Source: Candidatus Nomurabacteria bacterium (GTDB lineage: Bacteria > Patescibacteriota > Saccharimonadia > JAGOAT01). From it: a stretch of 64,000 bases of DNA. Position 1 is the stretch's first letter. Each line of letters opens with the position of its first letter. Under the pieces are notes generated by a model, which worked only from the letters and a program-made list of their open reading frames with translations, did no database searches and had not been told where the DNA came from. Shown in pieces: positions 47,141 through 56,576 of this stretch. The stretch is from NCBI GenBank assembly GCA_020639315.1, contig JACKGM010000002.1, positions 222,321 to 286,320 on the forward strand. Reading direction: 5' to 3'. The position numbers were made by a program, and so were the translations under genes.

Positions 47141-48492
47141 TTTTTCTCCTTCCAGAAACCAAGTCTACTTGGTTTGGCAATCCGACTCTTGACTAAGGCC
47201 ATCATCAAGTTTCTCGAGATCGTAATAGCTGTAAACATTGATGTCAAAATCCCAATAGCCAGTACCAAGGCAAACCCCTTGATCACCGTTGTACCAAACT
47301 GATAAAGGATAAAACAAGTGATAAGAGAAGAAATATTTGAGTCTCTAATACTGCTCCAAGCCCGTTTAAACCCAGCTTTCAGACTATCCTCCAAATCCTC
47401 ACCTTCCTGGTATTCTTCTTTCATTCTTTCAAAGATCAAGATATTAGCATCCACTGCCATCCCAATACTTAAGATAAAAGCTGCTATCCCAGCCAGAGTC
47501 ATTACGATTGGAAAACCTGTCTGACTACTAATCTTAAAGATCGCAATATTGAGTAGAGTATAGATGATAAGAGCAGTTACTGCCACGACCCCTGACAATC
47601 GATAGTAGCCAATCATAAATATAGCCAACCCGATTAGCCCAATCACTCCCGCCATCAAGCTCTTGGCAATCGAAACCGATCCAAGACTTGCCCCAATACT
47701 CCTCTGGGCAACCAGCTCAATCGGTACAGGCAGTGAACCTGCACGCAAGAGTAAGGCAGTTTCTTGAGCATCTTTGGCATCGGCAAATCCAGTCATCACC
47801 CCACTACCATTGGTAATCGGACTACTGACCTGACCATTGAAAAGAGTACGGTTGTCCAGAGTGATTGCCAGCCTGGTACCATTTCTATTAATTCTAGTAG
47901 TTAACTCCCTAAAAGTATCTACTGCATCGTTCTTCATCGTAAACTCGACTACTATCCCTCCACCTTGTCCACCGTTTGGGTTAATCCCAACCCTAGCGTT
48001 GGCTAAGTCTTTTCCGGTTAATCCAGTCTCTATTCTCTGGGGGGTTAGATTGGCTGGATCCTGAAGCTCTTCTTCGCTCAGACTAGTCAAATCAACACTA
48101 CTGGTTTCTTCATAAAACACTAGCTCAGCAGTCTGCCCGATAATTCCGACTGCCTCCTCTTCATTTTGTACCCCCGGGAGCTGGACAACGATCTGATCTG
48201 CACCAGAAGTCTGGACGATCACCTCGCTAGTACCAGTCGGATTAATCCTTCGATTGATTACATCGATTACCCCATCAATTGCAGCCTTCTTGTCCTCATC
48301 AGCGACATCAGCCAAATCCGCTTTATAGGTCAGATAAAGACCGCCCTGCAAGTCCAATCCTTGGCGCACTTTGAGCTGGCCATCATCTACTCCTGGAATC
48401 TTAGAGAGAATCAAATCCTCTCTAGGCAAAACAATGACTACCAGCGCGATCACTAGCGCCAAGATTAAGTATAAGTTCCTCCGAAGTTTCAT
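47137..48492 (-). CDS. secD: Protein translocase subunit SecD
   Basis: LGLDLQGG, periplasmic domain, GMAVDANILIFERMKEE. 4-nt overlap with secF. Confidence 0.92.
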   Translation of the reverse strand: MKLRRNLYLILALVIALVVIVLPREDLILSKIPGVDDGQLKVRQGLDLQGGLYLTYKADLADVADEDKKAAIDGVIDVINRRINPTGTSEVIVQTSGADQIVVQLPGVQNEEEAVGIIGQTAELVFYEETSSVDLTSLSEEELQDPANLTPQRIETGLTGKDLANARVGINPNGGQGGGIVVEFTMKNDAVDTFRELTTRINRNGTRLAITLDNRTLFNGQVSSPITNGSGVMTGFADAKDAQETALLLRAGSLPVPIELVAQRSIGASLGSVSIAKSLMAGVIGLIGLAIFMIGYYRLSGVVAVTALIIYTLLNIAIFKISSQTGFPIVMTLAGIAAFILSIGMAVDANILIFERMKEEYQEGEDLEDSLKAGFKRAWSSIRDSNISSLITCFILYQFGTTVIKGFALVLAIGILTSMFTAITISRNLMMALVKSRIAKPSRLGFWKEKK

Positions 48493-48516
48493 CTTGATAT
48501 ATAATACCTATATATT

Positions 48517-50448
48517 ATGAATTTTGCAAAAAATCTTTATTTTTACTCTATAGCAGTCACTCAAAACCCTTATATCAACCCCTTCCTTCACACCTACTCA
48601 TCTCCCGACCCCGAACTCAATTCGGGGCAGTTAGTAATAGTGCCTTTTGGCAAAAAATCCAGCCCAGGAGTAGTCTATCAAAAGCTACCCTCCCCCGATC
48701 TTAGCAAGCCAATCAAGCAAATTATCCAAGACCTGGATTATCGAATCCCGGACTACTATCTAGACTGGCTAGAGTGGATTTCAGCTTATTATCAAACCCC
48801 AGCCAAACAGATCTGGTCGAGCTTCTTAATCGGCGGTTTAGACAAACCCAGCCGAGCCAAAATCGATACTTGGCTTAGTATCAACCCCAGTCCTCTAGAT
48901 CCGAGAAGTCTCAACCCTGATCAAGCGCAAGTCTTTGACCAAATCAACCAATCGGATCAACCATTTCACCTGATAAATGGCATCACTGGCTCTGGTAAGA
49001 CTGAGGTTTATATCAAGCTAGCCAAGCAAGCCTTGACTCAGCAAAAATCAGCTCTCTTGCTCGTACCAGAGATCAACCTAACTAGGCAACTCATCTCTAG
49101 GATTACCCCTTACTTTGACAAGTGTTTGATCTACCACTCTCGCTTGACTCCGGCTCAAAGACGAGGCTACTATCAATATTTATTCTCAAACCAGAACCCA
49201 GTCTTAATCCTTGGTACTCGTTCTGCCCTTTTGACTCCTATCCCCAAACTCGGGCTCATTGTGATTGATGAAGAACATGACCCAAGCTACAAGCAGACTT
49301 CTCACCCAAAGTACCAGACCAAAGTAATTGCTGCGAAACTAACTAGATTGACAAAAGGCAAACTAGTCCTAGGGAGTGCTACACCGGCGATTGATACCAG
49401 CTTCTTAGTTGATAATAATAAAATTATCCCTCACCTCTTGACCAAAAGAGCAACCAACCTGCCTATGCCAGAAATCACCCTCATAGATCTAGGCCAATCC
49501 AAGCAAAATATCTCCCCAGAGCTCACCCAAGCGATTGCTACCCAATTAAAAGCCGACAAGCAAAGCCTCCTCTTTATCAACAGCAGAGGGACTGCTCGTT
49601 CCCAGATCTGCGAGAAGTGTCATCAGACCGTAGTCTGCCCCAATTGTGGACTAAGCCTTAGCTTTCACCAAGACAGCTTTAGCTTGCATTGTCACTATTG
49701 TGAATTTCAGATTAGCCCCAATCGCCCCTGTCAATTCTGTAGTTCTGGTAAGTACCGTCTAGTTGGGTTCGGGACCAAGCAGATCGAATCTGAGATTGCT
49801 ACCCGTTTTCCCCAAGCGAAGATTCTAAGACTAGACCGAGACAATACCAAGCAAAACTCCTTAGAAGATCTAGTTGACCAGCTCAATCAGGCAGACATCA
49901 TCATCGGTACTCAGATGGTTGCCAAAGGCTGGGACCTACCAAGACTTAGTCTAGTCGGTGTTTTGCTAGCAGATCAGCTCTGGCAGATACCGGAATATAC
50001 TAGTAATGAACGAGCTTACAACCTACTCGTCCAGGTGATTGGTCGATCCGGAAGACATCACCAGCCAGGCAAAGTCTACATCCAGACCTATTATCCCGAT
50101 CACCCCTTACTTAGAGATGTAATCAATCATGATTATCAAAATCTTTTGACTTCCGAGCTTGCCTTACGCCAGCGTTTCCGCTATCCACCTTATTATTATC
50201 TACTAAAGATCAACTTTAAAGCTCGCCAAGCCAAAACTGCCTGGCAACACGCCATCAATACCAGAAATCAATTACTTAAAAATCCCAAATTGATCACTAG
50301 TGAAGTCCTAACCCTCAAGCGTCAAGAGAATCGTCTAATCCAATACCAGCTACTGATCCGTGCTCACTCCCGTTCAGAACTACTCAAGCTAATCCCTACT
50401 TTGCCAAGCTCGAGCAACTTTGAACTTGACCCAATCTCCCTACTCTAG
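48517..50448 (+). CDS. priA: Primosomal protein N' (PriA helicase)
   Basis: GITGSGKTEVY, VIDEEHD, Cys-rich zinc insertion CEKC...CPNC...CHYC...CQFC. Confidence 0.92.
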   Translation: MNFAKNLYFYSIAVTQNPYINPFLHTYSSPDPELNSGQLVIVPFGKKSSPGVVYQKLPSPDLSKPIKQIIQDLDYRIPDYYLDWLEWISAYYQTPAKQIWSSFLIGGLDKPSRAKIDTWLSINPSPLDPRSLNPDQAQVFDQINQSDQPFHLINGITGSGKTEVYIKLAKQALTQQKSALLLVPEINLTRQLISRITPYFDKCLIYHSRLTPAQRRGYYQYLFSNQNPVLILGTRSALLTPIPKLGLIVIDEEHDPSYKQTSHPKYQTKVIAAKLTRLTKGKLVLGSATPAIDTSFLVDNNKIIPHLLTKRATNLPMPEITLIDLGQSKQNISPELTQAIATQLKADKQSLLFINSRGTARSQICEKCHQTVVCPNCGLSLSFHQDSFSLHCHYCEFQISPNRPCQFCSSGKYRLVGFGTKQIESEIATRFPQAKILRLDRDNTKQNSLEDLVDQLNQADIIIGTQMVAKGWDLPRLSLVGVLLADQLWQIPEYTSNERAYNLLVQVIGRSGRHHQPGKVYIQTYYPDHPLLRDVINHDYQNLLTSELALRQRFRYPPYYYLLKINFKARQAKTAWQHAINTRNQLLKNPKLITSEVLTLKRQENRLIQYQLLIRAHSRSELLKLIPTLPSSSNFELDPISLL

Positions 50449-50500
50449 GCTTCACCCCTCTCATTCCACGCCACTCCCCCTCACCCAAAAATCCCAATTT

Positions 50501-50560
50501 CAAGGGCACCCCTTGCGATTTTATACCTGTAAAGCACCCTCTTTTCAAGGGCACCCCTTG
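50501..50560. repeat. Palindrome doublet, family 1
   Basis: Arms at 50501-50515 and 50546-50560, centres 45 bp apart. Confidence 0.9.
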
Positions 50561-50622
50561 CAAAAAAGGTTATGGCAAAATAGGGGTGATTTTGGGCAGG
50601 AGTTCGGTTATACTAAGTAGGT

Positions 50623-51150
50623 ATGATCAAATCACTTGTGACAATCAATAACCCTCGAATCAGACTTCAATCTATGCCTGTTGATCAGATTGACCAATCA
50701 GTCAAGCAAGTAGTCCAAGATATGATTGATACTGCCCTTGATTGGGAACAGTCCCGCAAAGGAGAGACCGCAGTCGCCCTTGCGGCAATCCAGATCAATG
50801 TACCCCTCAGGATCCTTATCATGCGTAAAGACCCAGAGCAACCATCCAGTAAGGAGTTTTTGGTAATCATAAACCCCATAATTTCAGAGCAAAGTGAATC
50901 AACCCTCTATCAGCATGAGGGTTGTCTGAGCGTCCCAGACCGTTATGCCAAGCTGGATCGTCCAAAATCACTTGTAGTCACAGGGCTTAGCCTGGACGGC
51001 AAAAAGATCAAAAAGCGTCTTAGGGGGTTCACTGCTAGGGTCATCCGACATGAGGTTGATCATATGGATGGCAAACTCTTCGTCGACTATCTTGATGATA
51101 CCGACAAAAAGTACCGAATCGTCGATGGTGAACTTCAAGATGACAAATAG
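50623..51150 (+). CDS. def: Peptide deformylase
   Basis: EGCLSVP and HEVDHMDG motifs. Confidence 0.95.
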   Translation: MIKSLVTINNPRIRLQSMPVDQIDQSVKQVVQDMIDTALDWEQSRKGETAVALAAIQINVPLRILIMRKDPEQPSSKEFLVIINPIISEQSESTLYQHEGCLSVPDRYAKLDRPKSLVVTGLSLDGKKIKKRLRGFTARVIRHEVDHMDGKLFVDYLDDTDKKYRIVDGELQDDK

Positions 51151-52075
51151 TATTATTAGTGATAAACCAAATATCATTTTCTTTGGCACGGGATCATTTA
51201 GCCTATTAATACTCCAAGATCTGATCAGCTATACTAATATCTTAGCCTTCGTCTGCCAACCAGGCGACCAACCTGTCCGGAGCTTTTGCACCAACTATCA
51301 GATCCCTGAGCTTGCTTATCAGGAAGTTACTGACCCAAGCTTTATCAATAAATACTTAGAGGATAATAGTATCGAGCTTGGGATTGTCGCCGATTATGGC
51401 AGAATTCTCCCAAGCAGTCTGATTGATGCCTTCAAGCTAGGCCTTATCAATGTCCATGTTTCGCTATTGCCCAAATATCGTGGTGGGTCACCGATTGAGT
51501 ATCAATTGCTCAATCGTGAACAAAAAGTCGGCACTAGCCTAATGCTAATCGCACCCGAGCTAGATACTGGTGCAATCCTGGCTCAAGCTATTTACCCAGG
51601 CAACCCTCTGACCCTCGACAACCCAACCGCTCACCAAGAATTTGCCACCCTCAGCAATCAGTTGCTTCGCTCAACCTTACCTAAATACCTATCTGGTACA
51701 GTCAAGGCCAAAGCTCAAGATCACACCAAGGCTAGCTATGGCAGACTGCTTGGTAAATCAGATGGCAAGATCGACCTGAGTAAATCAGATCTGGAGATTG
51801 AGGCACAGATCCGGGCATTTCTTGGTTGGCCTGGTAGTTGGCTTGACTGGCAAGGCAAGCGGATTATCTTGCTCAGCTCTAGCCTCAGTGATCAATCGCT
51901 TGACCTGAGAACAATCGATGATACATGGCTTATTAGCACTGATCGCAAAAAACTTTTTCTACGCACTAAGACTAAGCCCCTTGAGATTACCACTCTTCAG
52001 GTCGCTGGCAAAAATTCAATGCCTGCTTTGGCCTTTATCAATGGTCATTTAACCAATACCTTAAGGAATTTGTAA
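51140..52075 (+). CDS. fmt: Methionyl-tRNA formyltransferase
   Basis: IIFFGTGSFS, NVHVSLLPKYRGGSPI. Start trimmed to the ATG overlapping the def stop by 11 nt. Confidence 0.9.
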   Translation: MTNSIISDKPNIIFFGTGSFSLLILQDLISYTNILAFVCQPGDQPVRSFCTNYQIPELAYQEVTDPSFINKYLEDNSIELGIVADYGRILPSSLIDAFKLGLINVHVSLLPKYRGGSPIEYQLLNREQKVGTSLMLIAPELDTGAILAQAIYPGNPLTLDNPTAHQEFATLSNQLLRSTLPKYLSGTVKAKAQDHTKASYGRLLGKSDGKIDLSKSDLEIEAQIRAFLGWPGSWLDWQGKRIILLSSSLSDQSLDLRTIDDTWLISTDRKKLFLRTKTKPLEITTLQVAGKNSMPALAFINGHLTNTLRNL

Positions 52076-52822
52076 GACCTCCGTTTTACCATATCTTTCT
52101 ACCTCAACTCGGGGAACAGAAGACTTATCACCCGGTTTCAAAGATTTACCAGCCAACCCTGTAACAACAGTAATAACATTGATCACATTATCTGGCAGAT
52201 CTGGATTATACCGCTTCACAAGACCAATCGGGCTATCTCCCTGCTCGACAGTCACTTCCATCACTCCGGTCAATCTCACCACCAGCTCATCTGCGATCTG
52301 CATATCATCAAATCCTAGCTCTTGAGGATTATCTATCGTGATGCTCAATACTTCACCAACTGACCAAAGTCCATCTGGGTTTTGTTCTGTAAGTCTTCCA
52401 GTGGACAAAAGAACCCGTTCTGCAAAAGCACGATTTGCTTCTTTTATATTTATTTCAGCCTGCCCTGGACTAGAAATTGTATGATCTGGGGTTTCTGGAG
52501 TGTAGATAGCTGTATTAGTATTTTCAGATTCTTCAAATGGGGAGCTATCGCTACATCTTACAAGAGTAGTAGTCCCAATAACACCAATTGCCCCTAATAC
52601 CATAATGACTACTACCCTTTGTCTGCGTTTACTGGGTCTACTATCAGATTGTTCACTACTAGAAACCTCTCTATTCCGATTATTCTTCTTTTTGTTAGTT
52701 CCTTTAGCTCCTCCTCTTTCTTCTTTTCTTGCCTTCCTAGTCTCTCTATCCTTAGAAACTGCATCAAGCAACTGACCAACCAGTGGTAAACAACCCCTAT
52801 TATCCGATGGTCTTCTCTCCAT
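52061..52822 (-). CDS. Hypothetical membrane-anchored protein with basic N-terminus
   Basis: K/R-rich N-terminal region, one TM helix (VVVIMVLGAIGVIGTTTLV), extracytoplasmic domain. Confidence 0.45.
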   Translation of the reverse strand: MERRPSDNRGCLPLVGQLLDAVSKDRETRKARKEERGGAKGTNKKKNNRNREVSSSEQSDSRPSKRRQRVVVIMVLGAIGVIGTTTLVRCSDSSPFEESENTNTAIYTPETPDHTISSPGQAEINIKEANRAFAERVLLSTGRLTEQNPDGLWSVGEVLSITIDNPQELGFDDMQIADELVVRLTGVMEVTVEQGDSPIGLVKRYNPDLPDNVINVITVVTGLAGKSLKPGDKSSVPRVEVERYGKTEVLQIP

Positions 52823-53371
52823 ATCAATAAAATATTTTAAGTTAACTTCTTTACTTATTTATTACCAGTAATCAAATCCATAGCATCCATCCCCAAATCC
52901 AATACTCCACCTGCCACATCACCGGCGGTATCCGCTACACAGGTTGATACAGCCTGACCCCTATCACAAACGACTCCAGTCTTACTACCAACATTTGCGA
53001 CTATACATAATCCTGCATACAACATCAACCCCCCCTAAAAAACCTAGACCTCAAGAATTGTCCCCCTATGTCAACTACCTCTCCAACAACTCCCATATTA
53101 TCTTGTTCACTCATACTACTACCGTACCATCAAATGAGTATCTTGTCAATATTCTTAAGGAACTTTTTCATATTCATACCCTTAATTATTCTCTAACTTC
53201 TATCGATCCTACAGCACCTAGGTGATCACCCTCATACCCATAACACTGTTTCACACCAAGAGCAATCAATAGCACCCATCCAGCTACTACCCCCCACCTT
53301 AGCCATCTCCTTTCCGGCCTATTTTTCTCATGTTCCGAATTCATAAGCTCTCAAACCAATGCCAATCCAGG

Positions 53372-54013
53372 CTACCTCTTGAGATCGAGCAACTTGTCAG
53401 CCTGTTCTTTATTCTTATAAATCAAAGCCGAGATCAAGATAGCAGGTATTATTACCTTGACAAAGTCCTCTATCCCAGTCTGGGGTAAAGCTCCATGTTC
53501 TCCGGGCTGAACATCCTTGGAGTTGTTAGTATTGGTATAAGCCCCATCCCCATTGAGATCCCCCTCACTATCATTAGCACTATTGTCTTGATCCCCAGCT
53601 ACCGTCCCGGCAGAATCACTGGAGTTTGTGTCCTCTGTACCCTGGGTAGTCGAAGCTACTTGATCATCTGAGCTTGAGTCGTCCTGCCCATCACTGATCT
53701 GATCCTGACCACTAGAAGTATCTTGATCACCACTATTATCACCAGAACCTTGATCCTCAGATGAATCATCTGTATTGAGAACGCTATCAGTAGGGTCACT
53801 CACCACTGCTTGGTCTGTCCCATCTGGACTGACCTCGCCAGTGATTGCTACCCGCTCTTCTTCTTGCTTACGCCTTTGACTTTCTCCCCAGACAAAACTC
53901 CCCCAGAGCAAAAGTGCCACTGCTAGGACTCCAGCAATCATCCTCACCATATAGCGATTGATTGGCCTAAATAAATAGTTGCTAATTCTTCCCATGGCTT
54001 TCACCCCTTTCAT
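53372..54013 (-). CDS. LPXTG-anchored acidic S/D-rich surface protein
   Basis: N-terminal TM/signal. C-terminal LPQTG, then a hydrophobic stretch and a KNKEQADK tail (sortase sorting signal). Confidence 0.7.
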   Translation of the reverse strand: MKGVKAMGRISNYLFRPINRYMVRMIAGVLAVALLLWGSFVWGESQRRKQEEERVAITGEVSPDGTDQAVVSDPTDSVLNTDDSSEDQGSGDNSGDQDTSSGQDQISDGQDDSSSDDQVASTTQGTEDTNSSDSAGTVAGDQDNSANDSEGDLNGDGAYTNTNNSKDVQPGEHGALPQTGIEDFVKVIIPAILISALIYKNKEQADKLLDLKR

Positions 54014-54116
54014 TAAAATAAAACAAATTTTATACTCACCCTAACACCCTAATTATATCACTTACCTAATATTATACAACTCAACCCCCAAACCCTCTCC
54101 AAACCGATCGCGTCAA

Positions 54117-54178
54117 TCGCGAACTGTTCGCGATTTTTAGCACCTTTCCAGATTAGAGATGTCGCGAACTGTTCGCGA
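54117..54178. repeat. Palindrome doublet, family 2 (upstream flank of RAYT-like gene)
   Basis: Arms at 54117-54133 and 54162-54178, centres 45 bp apart. Confidence 0.9.
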
Positions 54179-54295
54179 AATTTATTAAATATTTATACAT
54201 AACACGATACTTATGCTTGCAAATAACCCCAAAACAGTTAAGATATGACTAACTTCGTTATCTTTATAGTCCACTACTAAAATGGTTTAAATCTC

Positions 54296-54850
54296 ATGTC
54301 CGCCAGAAACACCTACAGATACAAGGTCGATAATACATTTTTGCATATATACTCTCGTGCCAATAATAAAGTTCCAGTATTTATCAATCAGAAATACTTT
54401 GATAAATTCTTAGATATCTTACTATTTTTACTTACGACTGATGACAATTTAGCCGACTCCCTTAGGTTATTTAGTAGACCTAGAAAACCATGTCAAAACT
54501 TTTCCAAAAATATCAACCTCGTGTCTTTCTGCATAATGAACAATCACTATCACCTTATAATCTATATTAAAGATAGTGATAAGTTACCAAAATTCATGCA
54601 TTTGTTTCACAGAAAACTTACACAAATTATCAACTCTGATCAAAATAAAGTTGGTCATCTGATGCAAAGTAGGTACAAATCTAGACCAATATTATCAGAA
54701 GTAGACTTGCTAAATGTATCTGCCTATATTCAACTAAACCCAAATGAAATTCATCCACAAGATAGCAACTACTACCTCAGATACCCCTTCTCTTCGCTCA
54801 ATTCAACTCATATGATTTCTAAAGTAGTCAGTACTAATATGATTTTTTAG
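54296..54850 (+). CDS. IS200/RAYT-like Y1 HUH transposase (REP-associated tyrosine transposase-like)
   Basis: FCIMNNHYHLIIY (HUH), GHLMQSRYKS (catalytic Tyr context), AYIQLNPNE...YYLRYPFSS tail. AT-rich gene flanked by family-2 doublets on both sides. Confidence 0.7.
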   Translation: MSARNTYRYKVDNTFLHIYSRANNKVPVFINQKYFDKFLDILLFLLTTDDNLADSLRLFSRPRKPCQNFSKNINLVSFCIMNNHYHLIIYIKDSDKLPKFMHLFHRKLTQIINSDQNKVGHLMQSRYKSRPILSEVDLLNVSAYIQLNPNEIHPQDSNYYLRYPFSSLNSTHMISKVVSTNMIF

Positions 54851-54992
54851 GTACACCAGTATTTCAAAGCAACAATATCTTGAATATCTTAATGCCAAAT
54901 CCAAGGATTTTGCAGAATATCAAATTATCAAAAAATCCCTATAGTAAATGATGGAAATTATCAAAATACAATATATTATGCAATATTTTTTG

Positions 54993-55054
54993 TCGCGAAC
55001 TGTTCGCGATTTTTAGCACCTTACCAGATTAGAGATGTCGCGAACTGTTCGCGA
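54993..55054. repeat. Palindrome doublet, family 2 (downstream flank of RAYT-like gene; overlaps 3' end of nadD)
   Basis: Arms at 54993-55009 and 55038-55054, centres 45 bp apart. The nadD stop codon (55029-55031) lies in the spacer. Confidence 0.9.
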
Positions 55055-55634
55055 AAAGTTGATTTTTGGTGATGTAGTCAAGGACTGGCTGGCTGAGTCC
55101 TTGGGGAGCTTGGCGATTGGCTAATTGTTGGCGGATTTGGGTGGCTGAAGTCAAATCATCTATCATTGCGACCTCTTGATATCTCAGACTAGGAATGGAT
55201 CGAAGTTTTGCCTGGATTTGTTTTGACTGATGATGATAACCTGCTCGCTTAATCCAGACGAAACCTACTCGATGTTCGAGTAGATAATCTAGCCCCTGCC
55301 ACTGATCGAGATTGGTAATCCCGTCACTACCCAAAACAATATCGACCTTAAGACCCTTGCCATAGATCTCAAACAAATCCTCCACTACCTGATAATCTAT
55401 TACTCTGGCTTCTGACTGAAAGTCATACTTATCGAGCACCGCTTGTCTATTGCCCAATCCCAATCTCAGCATTGCTTTACGATCGTCAAAACCAACTAAA
55501 CCTGCCAAGTTCCTCCGATTCTCGAGCAAGATTATTACCTCATCATAGTCCCTTGATGATAGATAGTCTACTACTGCGAGATGCCCCTGATGAACGGGGT
55601 TAAAACTTCCTGAGTACAAGGCTAGCTGGTTCAA
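55029..55634 (-). CDS. nadD: Nicotinate-nucleotide adenylyltransferase
   Basis: YSGSFNPVHQGHL motif. The last 8 codons (FANSSRHL*) are encoded by the repeat. Confidence 0.85.
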   Translation of the reverse strand: MNQLALYSGSFNPVHQGHLAVVDYLSSRDYDEVIILLENRRNLAGLVGFDDRKAMLRLGLGNRQAVLDKYDFQSEARVIDYQVVEDLFEIYGKGLKVDIVLGSDGITNLDQWQGLDYLLEHRVGFVWIKRAGYHHQSKQIQAKLRSIPSLRYQEVAMIDDLTSATQIRQQLANRQAPQGLSQPVLDYITKNQLFANSSRHL

Positions 55635-56062
55635 GCTTGATCCTGCTCTCTCAAGCTAATCAAATAGTCTCTAAGTATCAGGGTGGCACTATAGCTGTGT
55701 AGTAAATCTTTTTGCCTTGGGATTGGAAGCCTTTGCTCTCGTTTGGTCAATAGTTGTTTGGCATCAATACTAGTGGCAAACTCGTCTTGCAAGACAATCT
55801 CGACATGGGGCAACTCCTCCAATAATCTCTGATAAACAGCCATCACTTCCCTCGTCTGTTCAGTCTCTTGCCCATCAGCCCCGGTCGGCAAACCAAGTAT
55901 GATCATATCTGGAGCTAGTGACCCAAGGTATCTTGTTAACTCTATAGCATCGATCGTCCGATCAGGCCTGACTTGATCTTGACCAGACAATTTGATCGCA
56001 ACCCCACAATGCCGTCTACCGTAATCGACCCCAACTAATAGCTTTTCTCGAATCTTACCCAT
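55631..56062 (-). CDS. ruvX: YqgF/RuvX putative pre-16S rRNA nuclease / Holliday junction resolvase-like
   Basis: LVGVDYGRRHCGVA N-terminus and GLP...DG..TE pattern. Confidence 0.85.
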   Translation of the reverse strand: MGKIREKLLVGVDYGRRHCGVAIKLSGQDQVRPDRTIDAIELTRYLGSLAPDMIILGLPTGADGQETEQTREVMAVYQRLLEELPHVEIVLQDEFATSIDAKQLLTKREQRLPIPRQKDLLHSYSATLILRDYLISLREQDQA

Positions 56063-56195
56063 TGTCTTATATTACTAGAAAGATTACCTTGACACCAGAC
56101 AGTAATAAAGTTAACATCAAACATATAAATAAAAATTTATAAATAAATTTGTTCTATTTACTAAACCAGTCAATAAAATTACTAAGGGAGTTAAT

Positions 56196-56411
56196 ATGCA
56201 AAGTAGCGAAGAGAGTAAAGCGGATGGAACTAAAATTGGTAGCACAAAAGAAACCTTAGAGAGTCTAATTCCAGATGCCTTGAGAAACAATTTCTTAACA
56301 AGAGTAATTAGAGGAGCACTAGCCCCTCTTGGTAAACTTGCTAACCATGTCCTTACTAGTCCAAATCCCGAACTAAACAATAGAAAACCTAAAAATCAAG
56401 ATACAAATTAG
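56196..56411 (+). CDS. Small hypothetical protein
   Basis: GGGAG RBS 5-6 nt before the ATG, followed by a 15-bp inverted repeat. Preferred over the antisense ORF 56117-56380. Confidence 0.4.
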   Translation: MQSSEESKADGTKIGSTKETLESLIPDALRNNFLTRVIRGALAPLGKLANHVLTSPNPELNNRKPKNQDTN

Positions 56412-56418
56412 CCCAGAA

Positions 56419-56472
56419 CTGGAAGCCCCTCAGGGAATTTCAAGTATTTTTAGTTTTCTGAGGGGCTTCCAG
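56419..56472. other. 15-bp perfect inverted repeat with 24-nt loop (possible terminator/regulatory hairpin)
   Basis: CTGGAAGCCCCTCAG ... CTGAGGGGCTTCCAG. Confidence 0.45.
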
Positions 56473-56576
56473 CCGAAAGTCTAACGATAAGTAGAAGGGA
56501 CACGACATGCGATCTTGACAACCGTCGCAGAATTTATCCCTCAGAGTACACCCTGGCACATCGTGCTAGAGGGTAC

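Noticed and set aside
52944-53225. 93-aa + strand ORF
   Set aside because: It has a P/T/H-rich low-complexity translation and no RBS, and it is opposite in strand to all neighbours. Short minus-strand ORFs fit the context better.
12823-55054. Palindrome doublets or hairpin arrays as mini-CRISPR arrays
   Set aside because: There are only two repeats per locus. The 'spacer' is conserved between loci of a family rather than unique. The repeated arms are 15-17 nt perfect palindromes, and no cas genes are in the window. The hairpin arrays have almost no unique spacers and mix orientations.
56117-56380. 87-aa minus-strand ORF
   Set aside because: It overlaps the + strand 71-aa ORF, which has a good GGGAG RBS and a following inverted repeat. 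The minus ORF has no RBS and reads as a hydrophobic translation of the antisense strand.
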